Assembly: GCF_035594765.1 (NCBI RefSeq)
Contig: NW_026943819.1
Span: 29,686,703-29,750,702 of the forward strand
DNA: 64,000 bases
Reading direction: 5' to 3'
DNA from: Anolis carolinensis
Lineage: Eukaryota
Part shown: positions 12,395-24,700 of the stretch, one piece after another
How the letters are laid out: every line of letters begins with the position of its first letter
Numbering within the stretch: the stretch's first letter is position 1
Notes under the pieces: generated by a model
Databases searched by the model: none
The model's input: only the letters and a program-made list of their open reading frames with translations
What the model was told of the DNA's origin: nothing
Position numbers and translations under genes: made by a program

Positions 12395-13497
12395 TACCAC
12401 CTGGCAGATGGTACAGGGTGACAAAGACAAGGACAAACAGCTTTTATCCCAGAGCGGTGGTTATGTTGAACACCATGGCTTCGCGTTGATGTGGCATTGG
12501 GGGCTTTGAGGTGGTGGTAGGACTGTGCAGGGATATGTGTTGTTTTGTGGTGTGTGCTGGGGGAAGCATTTAATTTCATTGTGCAATAGCACAATGACAA
12601 CACAACTAGTCTAGTCTAGCCTATTCTATGTATTCGTCTATATACCCGGAGTGCCATTGGGACCACTCCCTTTTCCAGCTCTGAGAAGGAAGGCCTTCCT
12701 TGCAATGTCTTATTGTTGCCATCTGACAGACGGTACAGGGTGACAAAGACAAGGACAAACAGACTGAAAGATAGCTTTTCTCCTAGAGCTGTGGCTACGT
12801 TGAACTCCAAGGCTTCCCATTGATGTGGCACTGGGGGCGGATGGGTTTGTGTTTTGTGACGTGTGCTGGGGAAGGCATTGTATTTTGTTTTGCAATAGCA
12901 CAATGACAATAAACCTATTCTATTCTATTCTATTCTATATATTCGTGTATATACCTGGACTGTCATTGGGACCATTGCCTGTCTTTCTTCTTTTTCCAGT
13001 TCAGAGAAGGTCACTGGGGGTGTGCGGTGGAAGTTGGAGTAGGGAGGAATGGGTTTGTGTTTTGTGCTGCGGAAGGCATTGAATTTCATTGTGCAGCAGC
13101 ACCATGACCATAAAGTTATTCTATTCTATTCTATTCTATTCTACGTATTTTTGTCACACTTCTCCTGGTCAACTTGACATTAGCTCAAGGCTCCTTCCAT
13201 CCCAAATTGACTTTAAACGAATTTGCTGCACTTTATCTGTTATTTTGAGTTTACAACTTACAATGCCACTTTAGCTTATTAGCTATTTAGCTTATTTAGC
13301 TATTACTGTAACCTCGCTGGTTTTAATTCTATGTTTTATTAAGTGTGTTTTTATTTTATAGGTTTATGTTTAGATTTTATAATTGGTGCATGTTTTTGTT
13401 TATTGATGTACTGTATACTGTTATTGTTTTTATTCGATATTTCTGTGAGCCGCCCCGAGTCGCCTTTGGGGGAGATGGAGGCGGGATATAAATAAAC

Positions 13498-13547
<50 letters not shown>

Positions 13548-13815
13548 TGGTGTTGCTTGAGTGTCATTGGGAACACTGCCTGCTTACTTTCTCCCTTTTC
13601 CAGCTCTGAGAAGGAAGGCCTTCCTTGCAATGTCCTATTATTGCCATCTGGCAGACGGTACAGGGTGACAAAGACAAGGACAAACAGACTGAATGATAGC
13701 TTTTATCCTAGAGCTGTGGCTATGCTGAACTCCAAGGCTTCACAGTGGAGGGATGTGTGTTGTTTTTGTGGTGTGTGTGTGAGCAATAGCACAATGACAA
13801 TAAAGCTATTCTGTT
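12394..13815 (+). mobile_element. Tandem Rex1/Babar LINE 3' ends (about four copies)
   Basis: Peptide LLPSGRRYRVTKTRTNRLNDSFYPRAVAMLN followed by GCACAATGACAATAAA and (CTATT)n tails. Confidence 0.7.
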
Positions 13816-14090
13816 CAATGAGTAGAGTCTGTGTCTGGACAAAAGTACAGTTGCAAAGAAAACAGGGCTCCTGAGGCAGAAATGTGCTGTTTCCATCCAA
13901 CGCTGCCTCCAGGGCTGGGATGCATGGCTCTGGGTGCGGATTCCCCATCCTTCCATCTTGGAAGAGTGATGCTTGGTCTCCTGGGCCTCTGCTTTGGCTG
14001 GTCTTCTGTGCTGAGACCCCTGCCTCCCAGTGTAACTGTTGGGGAGGGGCGCCTCCTTCGGGGTAAGCCCCCCCCCCTTTGAGCGGGGGG

Positions 14091-16945
14091 TCACTGGTCC
14101 CTGGGGGGCTCCTGCTTGTCTTCCAAGGCCGCCGGGTTCTCAATGACGCCCAAGGGGCCGTCCGGCGGGAGGGCTTCCTTCTGGTCCAGCAGCACCGACA
14201 GGCGGACCCCCGGCCCTGAGGGGAAGAAATGATGAATCAAGTGTTTTTACTGTTGGAGGTTTGCAAGTGTGTATACCGGACATGTTTTCCAGCAACTTAA
14301 GTGTTAACAGCAGGCCAGTTTTGAGTGATAGCCTGCAAGAGCCAATAGGTCGCGACTTCCAGTCTGAGAGGACATTCGTCATTTCTGCCCTGGAATGTGC
14401 TGTTATCGGCAGTGTGTGATCGGCAAGGAGAGAGCATGTCTCCTATGAGCAATGGACTTTGCAACTTGTAAATAATTTGTATATATAGAATAAAGTCTTA
14501 GAACCGCTGTGTACAGCTGATCACCTCTCCCTGCCCTTGGGGAAGAACCGATTTCACCACCCTGCGCCTTTGATGAACGGGACCTCTCGCATCGGAAGGA
14601 ATCTGAATGTCTACAGCCAAACCCCAACCTCTGCCATTTTTGCTTGATTGTGTTAACATATGATGTTTTGTTTCTCTGGGGTCTGGAATCGCCAGGCCAG
14701 CCCTCTTAATGGGCCATGCCATGTTCATCTCATAAGACAATAGCCTTCCTGGGTAGGGCCAGAGACACCCCCAATCATTTTGTTATTTTTCCTGTTCAAT
14801 AAAAGAAACCTAATTTATCGATGCTTAATCATCCCTTGCTGGCCAGTGAGCCAAGCCCCTCTCTGTGACTGGCCAGAAAGAGAGGCATGGCTGCAGCCTA
14901 TGCTAGTTTATGTATAAAAAGGGCTGTGAAACTGTATTCTGTATGCTATCTACTTTGTGAATGAATCACTAGCTAGCATCTTATCTGCAGATAATAAAAC
15001 CTCCCTTGGCTAAAAATCGCCTTCTCTCCTTGCTTGCTGGCTAATTTCAATTGGGCCTAATCTGTCTGCTCGCCATAGCAGGGACTCGCTCATAATGGGT
15101 TTCTGCCAACAGGCTTCTCCCTGGTCTCACTGCCAGGGGTTGCCTCCTAAAATGGGGCCAACAGAGAGTCACTCTGGTGCAGCCCCCTCCCCATAAGGCC
15201 CTGAATTCCCGGGCCCTCTCTTCCACCGAGACCCCCAAGGGCAGGAAAGGGACGGAGGAAAGGACGTACCGAAGTAGCTGAGGATGACCGGGAGGAAGAC
15301 CAAGCCGTGGAGCATCCCCAGGAGGGTGATGAGGAGGTTGAGGCGGAAGAAGAAGAGCTGCACCAGCTGCGCCTTGGCAAAGGCCAGCACCACGATCCCC
15401 GGAAGGTTGGTCAAGGCCACGCCGGCAAATACCTGCAAGGGATGGAGGGCCATGTCAGGAATATTAAAAATTAACTAGGTATTTTTAATTACAAAACTTT
15501 GAGTCAAGCACTGAAAGGTTTAAATAAGCTAGCGTCACCCTGAGGAGAGTGAGTAGGCTGAAGCCTGTCAGAGTTAGTGCCCCACACTTACCGCACTCCC
15601 CATGTTGACCAGGGCCTCCTTGGCCCTCTCCACTTTGCTGGGCTGTGTGCTGATGGCGAAGGCGCGGGTGATGTGGGAGACAAACTCCACAGAGATGCCC
15701 ACCGCCTGCCAGGAGGAGAGACAGAGAGCACGTGAGGAATGGCTCCGTGACACATAGTCTTAAACCCAAGGCTCACAAGCCGAAGTCGCCCCCCCCCCTC
15801 CCCACCGCCCTCTGGGGAAGAACCCATTTCACCACCCTGTGCCTTTGATGAACAGGACCTCTCGCATCAGAAGGAAATCAGCATTTCTACAGCCAAAACC
15901 CATCCTCTGTCATTTTTGCATGATTGTGTTAATATATGATGTTTTGTTTCTCTGGGATCTGGAATCACAAGGCCAGCCCTCTTAAGGGGCCATGCCATGT
16001 CCATCTCATAAGATGGAATGCCGCCGATTTCTGGGCCTGAATATATTGCACAAGATTTATCTAGCCTAAAATGATACATTTTAATATATTGGGCTTATGG
16101 TTCCCGTCCCCTTGATCAGGTCATGTAAGTGTTATTTATTGCTATAATTGTATTGTTTTACTTTGCTTAATAATGTATTATTATGTTGCTATGTAATGTT
16201 TGTGTTGTTTTTATGATTGGAAACCGCCCTGAGTCCCATCCAGGAGATAGGGTGGTATATAAATAAAGTTTTATTATTTATTATTATAAGACAATAGCAT
16301 TCCTGGCTAGGGCCAGAGAGGCCCTCAATCATTTTATTGTTTTTCCTGTTCAGTAAAAGGAACCTCATTTATCATCGCTTAATCATCCCTTGTCCCAGCC
16401 CATGCTGACCAGTGAGCCAAGCCCCTCTCTGTGACTGGTCAAAATTAGCGGCTTGGCTACAGCCTATGTATAAAAAGGGCTGTGAAGCTGTATTCTGTAT
16501 GCTACCTACTTTGTGACTGAATCATAAGCTAGCATCTTATCTGCAGATAATAAAATCTTCCTTGGCTGAAAATCACCTTCTCTCCTTGCTTGCTGGCTAA
16601 TTTCAATTGGGTGTATTCTGTATGCTCTAAAGTACACAGAAATCTACAAATACGTTTAGAGATACAGTATTGTCCCACACAGATAAAAGTCTTAGGAATG
16701 CAGGATCAATGAAATAAACAAATGATCATTTTTTTCATAAAAGTCAATATAGACAATAATATTAAAATCCCGATTTGGGTCAAAAGATCCAGGCCAAGGT
16801 GCCCAAACTTTTATGACTGTTTTTAATCATGTTGAAGTTTTACTGCTCAGTTTAATGTTTTATCTGATTTGTGCTGTCGTGTCTGGGCATGGCCCCATGT
16901 AAGCCGCCCCGAGTCCCTCCGGGGAGATGGGGCGGGATATAAGAA

Positions 16946-16994
<49 letters not shown>

Positions 16995-19900
16995 TTCTGT
17001 AAATTGTGGTTCACACGTTTGATAAATTCCGCATTGTCCCATGCAAGTTAATGTCTCGGAGATGGGTATAAAAGAATGTAAAAAAATAAATAATATATTT
17101 ATGATTATATTTTGTCTGTTACCATTGTTCTATTCTGTATATTAACTAGCAATAGGACAACTGTATCTCTACACGCATTCTGTATGCTCGCCATAGCAGG
17201 GACTCACTTAAAATGTGCAGCTCAGGCGGATCACTTGCCTGGGTTTCTGCCAACAGGCTTCTCCCTGGTCTCACTACAAGGGGTTGCCTCCGAAAACGGG
17301 GCCAACACTTTCCTCCTTCTTTCTTTCCTTCCTTCCTTCCTTCCTTCCTTCCTTCCTTCCTTCCTTCCTTCCTATAATCTTCTGCTAATGCATGCAGCTG
17401 CCTTGGGCGATGATACTCTTTGCTGCTTCCCATCTGCATACACTTGGGGCCCTTTGTGGGCAATGCCGAGATGCCTCCCCGCTTTGTGTCCCCGGAACTC
17501 ACTGCCACCAGGTTGATGAGGGAGACGGCGTTGTAGGAGACGCCCCAGAGGGTCATGGCGCCCACGGTGTCCACCACAATCATGACGATGGTGGCCAGGT
17601 TGATGGCGCCGGAGCGGATGTCCATGCCCAGCAGGACGCAGCAGACGGCGAAGGTGGGCACCAGGCAGAGGATGACGTTGATGAGGCCGGTCAGGGCGAT
17701 GGTCAGGTACTGCTCATAGAAGACGTAGGTGATGCTGCAGAGGGAGAGCGGAGGGGTCACGGCAAGGACTGGCATTGCGGGTGAGAAAGACAACGGATTC
17801 CCTTGGATCAGAAAACCAATTATCCGCTGTTCCAATAGTATTTATTTATTTACAGTATTTACATCCCGCCCTTCTTTCTCACCCCGAAGGGGACTCAGGG
17901 CGGATTACAATGAACACATATATGGCAAACATTCAATGCCAACAGACAAACAACATATATAGACAGACACAGAGGCATTTAACTTTTTTTTTCCAGCTTC
18001 ACGATTCCGGCCACAGGGGGAGCTGTTGCTTCACCATCCACTGGGGCTGTACTTCCTCATTCCATTCCTCGTGTTTTGCTGGCAGTTTTATGGTGTTGTA
18101 AATTAGTTAAATTAGCCTCCCGCATAAAGCGTACCTAAATTTCCCTACTTGACAGATGCAACTGTCTTTCGGGGCTGCATAGGTCAACAGCAAGCTGGGC
18201 TATTTAATGGTCGGGGGCTTAACCCGACCCGGGCTTCGAACTCATGACCTCTCGGTCAACTTTTTTTACCCAGTCTACTTTTACAATCTCTCAGTTTTAA
18301 TCCATGTTTTTATTAGTTCTTGTTTTTTATTGGCTAATGTTTTATTTTATTTTTTTTATTTTTTTATTGTGCAAGTTGTTGTCTATTGCTGTGTTTTATA
18401 CTGCTACTGTTTTTATTCGGGCTTGGCCCCATGTAAGCCGCCCTGAGTCCCCTCCGGGGAGATAGAGGCGGGGTATAAAAATAAAGTTATTATTATTATT
18501 ATTATTATTAATAGTGATTTGTTGCAGCTGGTTACTAGCCAGCTGCGCCACAGCCCGGCCCGGAGAGAGAGTAAGCATATACTTGTTGAAATATATTTTT
18601 GCAGACAAAGGTATATGCAAAAAAGGTTAATATATAAAACTACTGAATTCACACACAAACAGTGTTCTTATTTGTTAAAAAGCCCGAACCCCTCTTGCAT
18701 TCCCAGAGCCACTTCTGCCTCCTTACGTGTAGGGGAAGACCTGGAAGTCGGGGTCGGTGCCGGGCACTTGCCGCAGTCCGGCCGTGATGTTCTTGGCCAG
18801 CTCCCTGGCCGCCTTCAGGGCCTCCGTGTACTCCTGGGAGTTCTTCAGCGGAGTGTGGTAGGCCATGAAGCGGGAGGCTGCGAGGTGGACGGGAAGGGGC
18901 GTCAGGGTCCGGACAAAGAGAAAGGCACAGCTCAGAGCATTCCTGGGGATCCATCTCACCCGGCATAACCATTTTTAGAATTTTTGCTATCCAGCAGACG
19001 GTACAGGGTGACAATTGCAATAGAAAGAACCTATGCTTTAAACCATTGAAAAGTTATTCATAACAGGAGGGCCACTCACCCAGCACCTGCCCCTCGGCTC
19101 CCAGCTTCACCGACGTGTCGTAGGCCCCCAGACCCCTGCAAAAGGAAGAGGGGTCTCATTATAGCAAAGGTAAAGGTTTCCCTGACATTAAGTCCAGTCG
19201 TGTCTGACTCTGGGGGTTGGTGCTCATCTCCATTTCTGTGATGCCTAGGGCACCTTTGACCCTGGATCCTGTGCCATTTCCTGACCAGGATGAAGAAGAT
19301 TTGGGTTTTCTCCCAAGTCAGCAAGTTTCGACACCCTTCCAGATGCCTCATGTTGACATTTCTGAGCCAGAGCCAATTAAGGATGCCCTTGAAACAATGC
19401 CGGCTCTCCCAGATTCTCCGGAAAACTTGGCGTTTGATCGTAGGGCTTTTGTATATTCAGACAGATCAAACAGACAAAGCCTCCGGAGAAGCACCAGATT
19501 AGCGGAGCATGGTGACTATGGCTAAGCCCAGTTCTCTTGGGAAGAATTGGGGAGTTAGATACCTGGTGTAATAACTGTAACAAGCTCAGTTCTCTTAGGA
19601 AGTTTTAGGGAGTCAGGCACCTGGTTTGGGGGAGCTTATGAACTTCAATAAAAGTGTTGTGTTGAGAACTTGCCTTTGCGGTGACAACTTTACATCTCAC
19701 TGAGAAACATCATCGTCTCCAGCTCCTGGATTTCAAGCGGCCTGACGGTGTGCTTACTCTTGAGTAGACCGGGCGCCGGTCTACCTCCTTGCCAAGTTTG
19801 GACTGCATTTCAGCTCCAGAACATCTAGCTCCTGCTTTGCCTTGAAATCCTGTCTTTGGACATTTATTCTAAGGGACTTTTCTTGCTACTTGCTCTTTTC

Positions 19901-20928
19901 CCCATTCAAAACTCAGGCGGAGTTTGAGTGTGTTTTGGTTTCTGGATTTTTAAACTCTAATACTGGACATAAGACTTATACTTATTGGACAAAAACTGAT
20001 ATTTCCTGAAAGGTCAATTGCTTCTTCAACTTTGCTGCTTAATTCCTTTGGAACCTTATTTGCTTTAATAAAGATATTATATTGTTATTGGTCTTTGTGT
20101 TGGTTTTCGGTGCTCTAGCTGCCTTGAGCGTAACAATTTCTAAGCCAGAGAGCCGGCATTGTCCGTAGACACCTCCAAGGTCATGTGGCCACTAGCATGA
20201 CTGTATGGAGCACCATTACTTTCCCGCTAGAGCTGTACCTATTGATCTACTCACATTTGCATTTTCAAACTGCTAGGTTGGCAGAAGCTGGGGCTAACAG
20301 CAGGAGCTCACTGCACTCCCCAGATTTGAACCTGCAACCTTTCAGTCTGCAAGTTCAGCAGCTCAGCGCTTTAACACACTGAGCCACCGGAGGCTCACTT
20401 AAGTATAAGCCAACCTGAATATAAGCCCACCAGGACCTCCACCAGAGTATAAGCCGAGGAGGGTTTTTTTCAGTCCTAAAAAAGGGCTGAAAAACTAGGC
20501 TTATACTTGAGTATATACAGTATATATAAACCCCACTTGCCTAGTTTCCAACCGATCTCACAACCTCTAAGGATGCCTGCCACAGATGTGGGTGAAACGT
20601 CAGGAGAGAATGCTTCTGGAGCTTGGCCAGACAGCGCAGAAAATAGACAACAACCCAATTACGAAAGTGTCTCGGATACAGAAAATTCTGCCTGTGACTG
20701 TCCCAACCTGTGTGCCGCGCAATGAAGATTGCATTCCTTGTATGTGAGGAAGCTGAGCCTTTGGCACCTTTGGCGCGGCTTGACTCACCCCTTGGAGCAC
20801 TTCAGGTTGGGCAGGTCCTGGAGGAACCAGGGCAGGAAGCGGTGGAACTCCTCCTCGGTGGGGCGCAGGGTGCCCGTGGGGATGCCCATGCACTTCTGCA
20901 GGCAGGTCAGGGAGACTGTGGACGAGGG

Positions 20929-20993
<65 letters not shown>

Positions 20994-21635
20994 CAAAACA
21001 TCCGCCCAACCCATTTGGAGCCTGGTCCCATGCAAGCAGCCCAGACGGGGTGTCACTTACGGTTGGTGGACGGGCAGAACTGGCCCTTTTTGGGGCCAAA
21101 ACTATGGATCTGGCAGCAGGTGGAGAAAGGGTTCAGCCAGTCGATGAAGTCGTCCACCCAGGAAGTGGCCGGAATGGCCAGGAAGGACCTGGAGGGGCAA
21201 GGAGAGGCGGATGGTCACTCGCCCGCGGCCACGAAGCAGGGAGGGCCAGGCTGGCCTGGAAGAGAACCTTCCGCAGGTGGGCAGTGGAGCTTCCACCGGA
21301 CTCCAAGGCAGGCAGTTCCATTGCTGAACAGCTCTCCTTACAATCAGGAAACCCAGTCAGGTGGCCTTTTGCAGTTGGCAGATCATAATTTTGTCAATGT
21401 CTGTTGTTTCCAAATGCCGGCTGAGATCTTTTGGCACGGCACCCAGTGTGCCCATCACTACCGGGACCACCTGCACTGGTTTCTGCCAGAGTCTTTGAAG
21501 TTCAATCTTGAGGTCCTGAGAGCGGCTGAGATTTTCCTGTTGTTTTTCGTCAATGCGACTGTCACCTGGGATGGCGACATCAATGATCCAAACCTTTTTC
21601 TTCTCCACAACTGTGATGTCTGGTGTGTTGTGTTC

Positions 21636-21689
<54 letters not shown>

Positions 21690-21754
21690 TAAATAAGTTT
21701 TAATACTATTTATATTAAAACTTATTATTATTATTATTAATTATTATTATTATT

Positions 21755-21797
<43 letters not shown>

Positions 21798-24700
21798 TGC
21801 CAAAAGATCTCAGCCGGCATTTGGAAACAATAGACATTGACAAAATCACGATCTGTCAACTGCAAAAGGCCACCCTACTGGGATCTGCACATATCATCCA
21901 AAAATACATCACACAGTCCTAGACACTTGGGAAGTGTTCGACTTGTGATTTTGTGATATGAAATCCAGCATATCTATCTTGTTTGCTGTGTCATACAATA
22001 AAATAATAATAATAATCAGCTGGTGACCCAAAATGCAGACTGTGCAAGGAAGTTGACGAAACCATGGATCATATCCTCAGCTGCTGTAAGAAAATTGCAC
22101 AGACAGACTACAATCAGAGGCACAACTATGTGGCCCAAATGATTCATTGGAACTTATGCCACAAGTACCACCTCCCAGCAGCAAAGAACTGGTGGGATCA
22201 CAAACCTGCAAAAGTCTTGGAAAATGAGCACGCAAAGATACTGTGGGGCTTCCGAATCCAGACTGACAAAGTTATGGAACACAACACACCAGACATCACA
22301 GTTGTGGAAAAGAAAAAGGTTTGGATGATTTATGTTCATCCAGGTGACAGTCGCATTGACAAAAAACAAGAGGAAAAACTCAACCTCTTTGGAGAAGATT
22401 TTCCTGGGTTTAAAAGTTGTCTCGGGGCTGTCTGTTTTTATTGTTGTTTTTATTGTTATTTTAAAGCTAAGTGTATTGTTTTAATCTATTTCTGTAAACT
22501 GCTCCAAGCCAACCTGGGAGTAGCAGTATACAAGTCTAATAAATAAATAAAATAAATAATACGCCGGAAAATACGGTGCCCTCTCATAGTGAAAATTGCA
22601 ATAAAAAGAACCTTTGTTTTAAAAGTATTTGGCAGACAGCACACCTGGGCCAGGTGAGCTTTTGAGCCTGAAAGGAGGGATCCCAGGGGACTCCATCTCC
22701 CAAATGTCTGGATGTCGGGTTCACCAATGGGGAGCGCAAAGGGAGGGGGATACTGGGACTCACTGCTCTGGGAAGCTGGTGGCGTACTGGATCTTCTGGG
22801 TCATGGAGTCCTCGTCGCAGCCGGAGCTGGAGCAGACCCCGTTCATGCCTGGGACGGTGGAGAAGTTGTATCCGCCGGTGGTGACGAAGTAGGTGGGTGC
22901 GCCCACCATCAGGTACTGGTTCAGGGCCTGGAAGTACTGGAGCATGTAGGAGTCCTGGGGAGAGGCACAAGTGGGGCACACGTGGGACCGGGCCCAAGGG
23001 GTCAAGGTGGACGGGGGTGGTCCCAGAAGAGAGAAGCCCTCCTCACCTCGGGCACCGACAGCTCCTGCTCCAGCCCCACCTGGACGTTGAGCATGAAGAA
23101 GATGCCCACGCAGAACATGCCGGCAAAGAGCAGCACCTGCCGGGAGGAGAGGAAAGGGCTGCAGGTAAACACAACATGATGGACGGATAGATGGTCCCCT
23201 TATCCTCAACGTTGGGTTTCATCCCTGGACTGCACAAGCCTTCACTTCATCAAGTTCTTAGTACTCGATGAGTAGCTAGACTAGAGACAGGGCAAAGCTC
23301 AGGGTGAGCTCCTGTCCGTCAGCTCTAGTTCGCAGAGACACGAGAGAAGGCTCCCGGCTATCACATCTGGGCAATGTCCCCTGGGCAACGTCTCTGTAGA
23401 CAGCTAATTCTCTCACACCAGAAGCGACTTGCAGAATGTTCTCAATTTGGGTGAGCTCCTGCCTGTCAGCTCTAGCTTGCAGAGACACGAGAGAAGGCTC
23501 CCGGCTATCACATCTTGGCAATGTCCCCTGGGCAATGTCTCTGTAGACAGCTAATTCTCTCACACCAGAAGGGACTTGCAGAATGTTCTCAATTTGGGTG
23601 AGCTCCTGCCTGTCAGCTCTAGCTTGCAGAGACACGAGAGAAGACTCCCAGCTATCACATCTGGGCAATGTCCCCTGGGCAACGTCTCTGTAGACAGCTA
23701 ATTCTCTCACACCAGAAGCGACTTGCAGAATGTTCTCAATTTGGGTGAGCTCCTGCCTGTCAGCTCTAGCTTGCAGAGACACGAGAGAAGACTCCCAGCT
23801 ATCACATCTGGGCAATGTCCCCTGGGCAACGTCTCTGTAGACAGCTAATTCTCTCACACCAGAAGCGACTTGCAGAATGTTCTCAATTTGGGTGAGCTCC
23901 TGCCTGTCAGCTCTAGCTTGCAGAGACACAAGAGAAGCCTCCCAGCTATCACATCTGGGCAATGTCTCCTGGGCAACGTCTCTGTAGACAGCCAATTCTC
24001 TCACACCAGAAGGGACTGGAAGTAAGTTCTCAATTTGGGTGAGCTCCCGCCTGTCAGCTCTAGCTTGCAGAGACACAAGAGAAGCCTCCCAGCCATCACA
24101 TCTGGGCAATGCCCCCTGGGCAACGTCTCTGCAGACGTCCAATTCTCTCACACCAGAAACAATTTGCAGAATGTTCTCAAGTCGCTTCTGACACAATTTT
24201 TTAAAAATGTTGTTCTTTATGTAAAAGTGTAAAAGTTCTGATACCCTTTATCATACTGGAAAATAACAAAACGAATCTATGCCTTAAAGTTATTGAAAAC
24301 ATCTTCATAACAAACTCCGATCCCCCGACTCTCATGCCACCTGTTATACCCCCGCCCGCCTTGAATTTGGAGCCTGATCAGGAGCTGAATCCAGACATAG
24401 ATGAGGATTATTATGACTTTTCACCCAGTTCGGAAACCACTTTGCAGCTCCAGGTGCCTGGAGAAATCAGCCAGGAGGAGCAGTTAATTGGAAGGGAGGT
24501 TTCCTTGTCTGGGCCAGATGTTCCTGGTTCCCTTGAGAATGAGGGTTTTAATTGGAGAGAATTTGTGAGTCGGGAGAGGAGTTTCAAACAAAGTCTTCAC
24601 AGAAGTCAATGTCTGGCCTCCCAAGGGGATAATGGTTAAAGTTTCCCATGGGAACTTTTTGGGAGTATTGCTGTTTTTACTTGGGTTTCAGTTTAGAATC

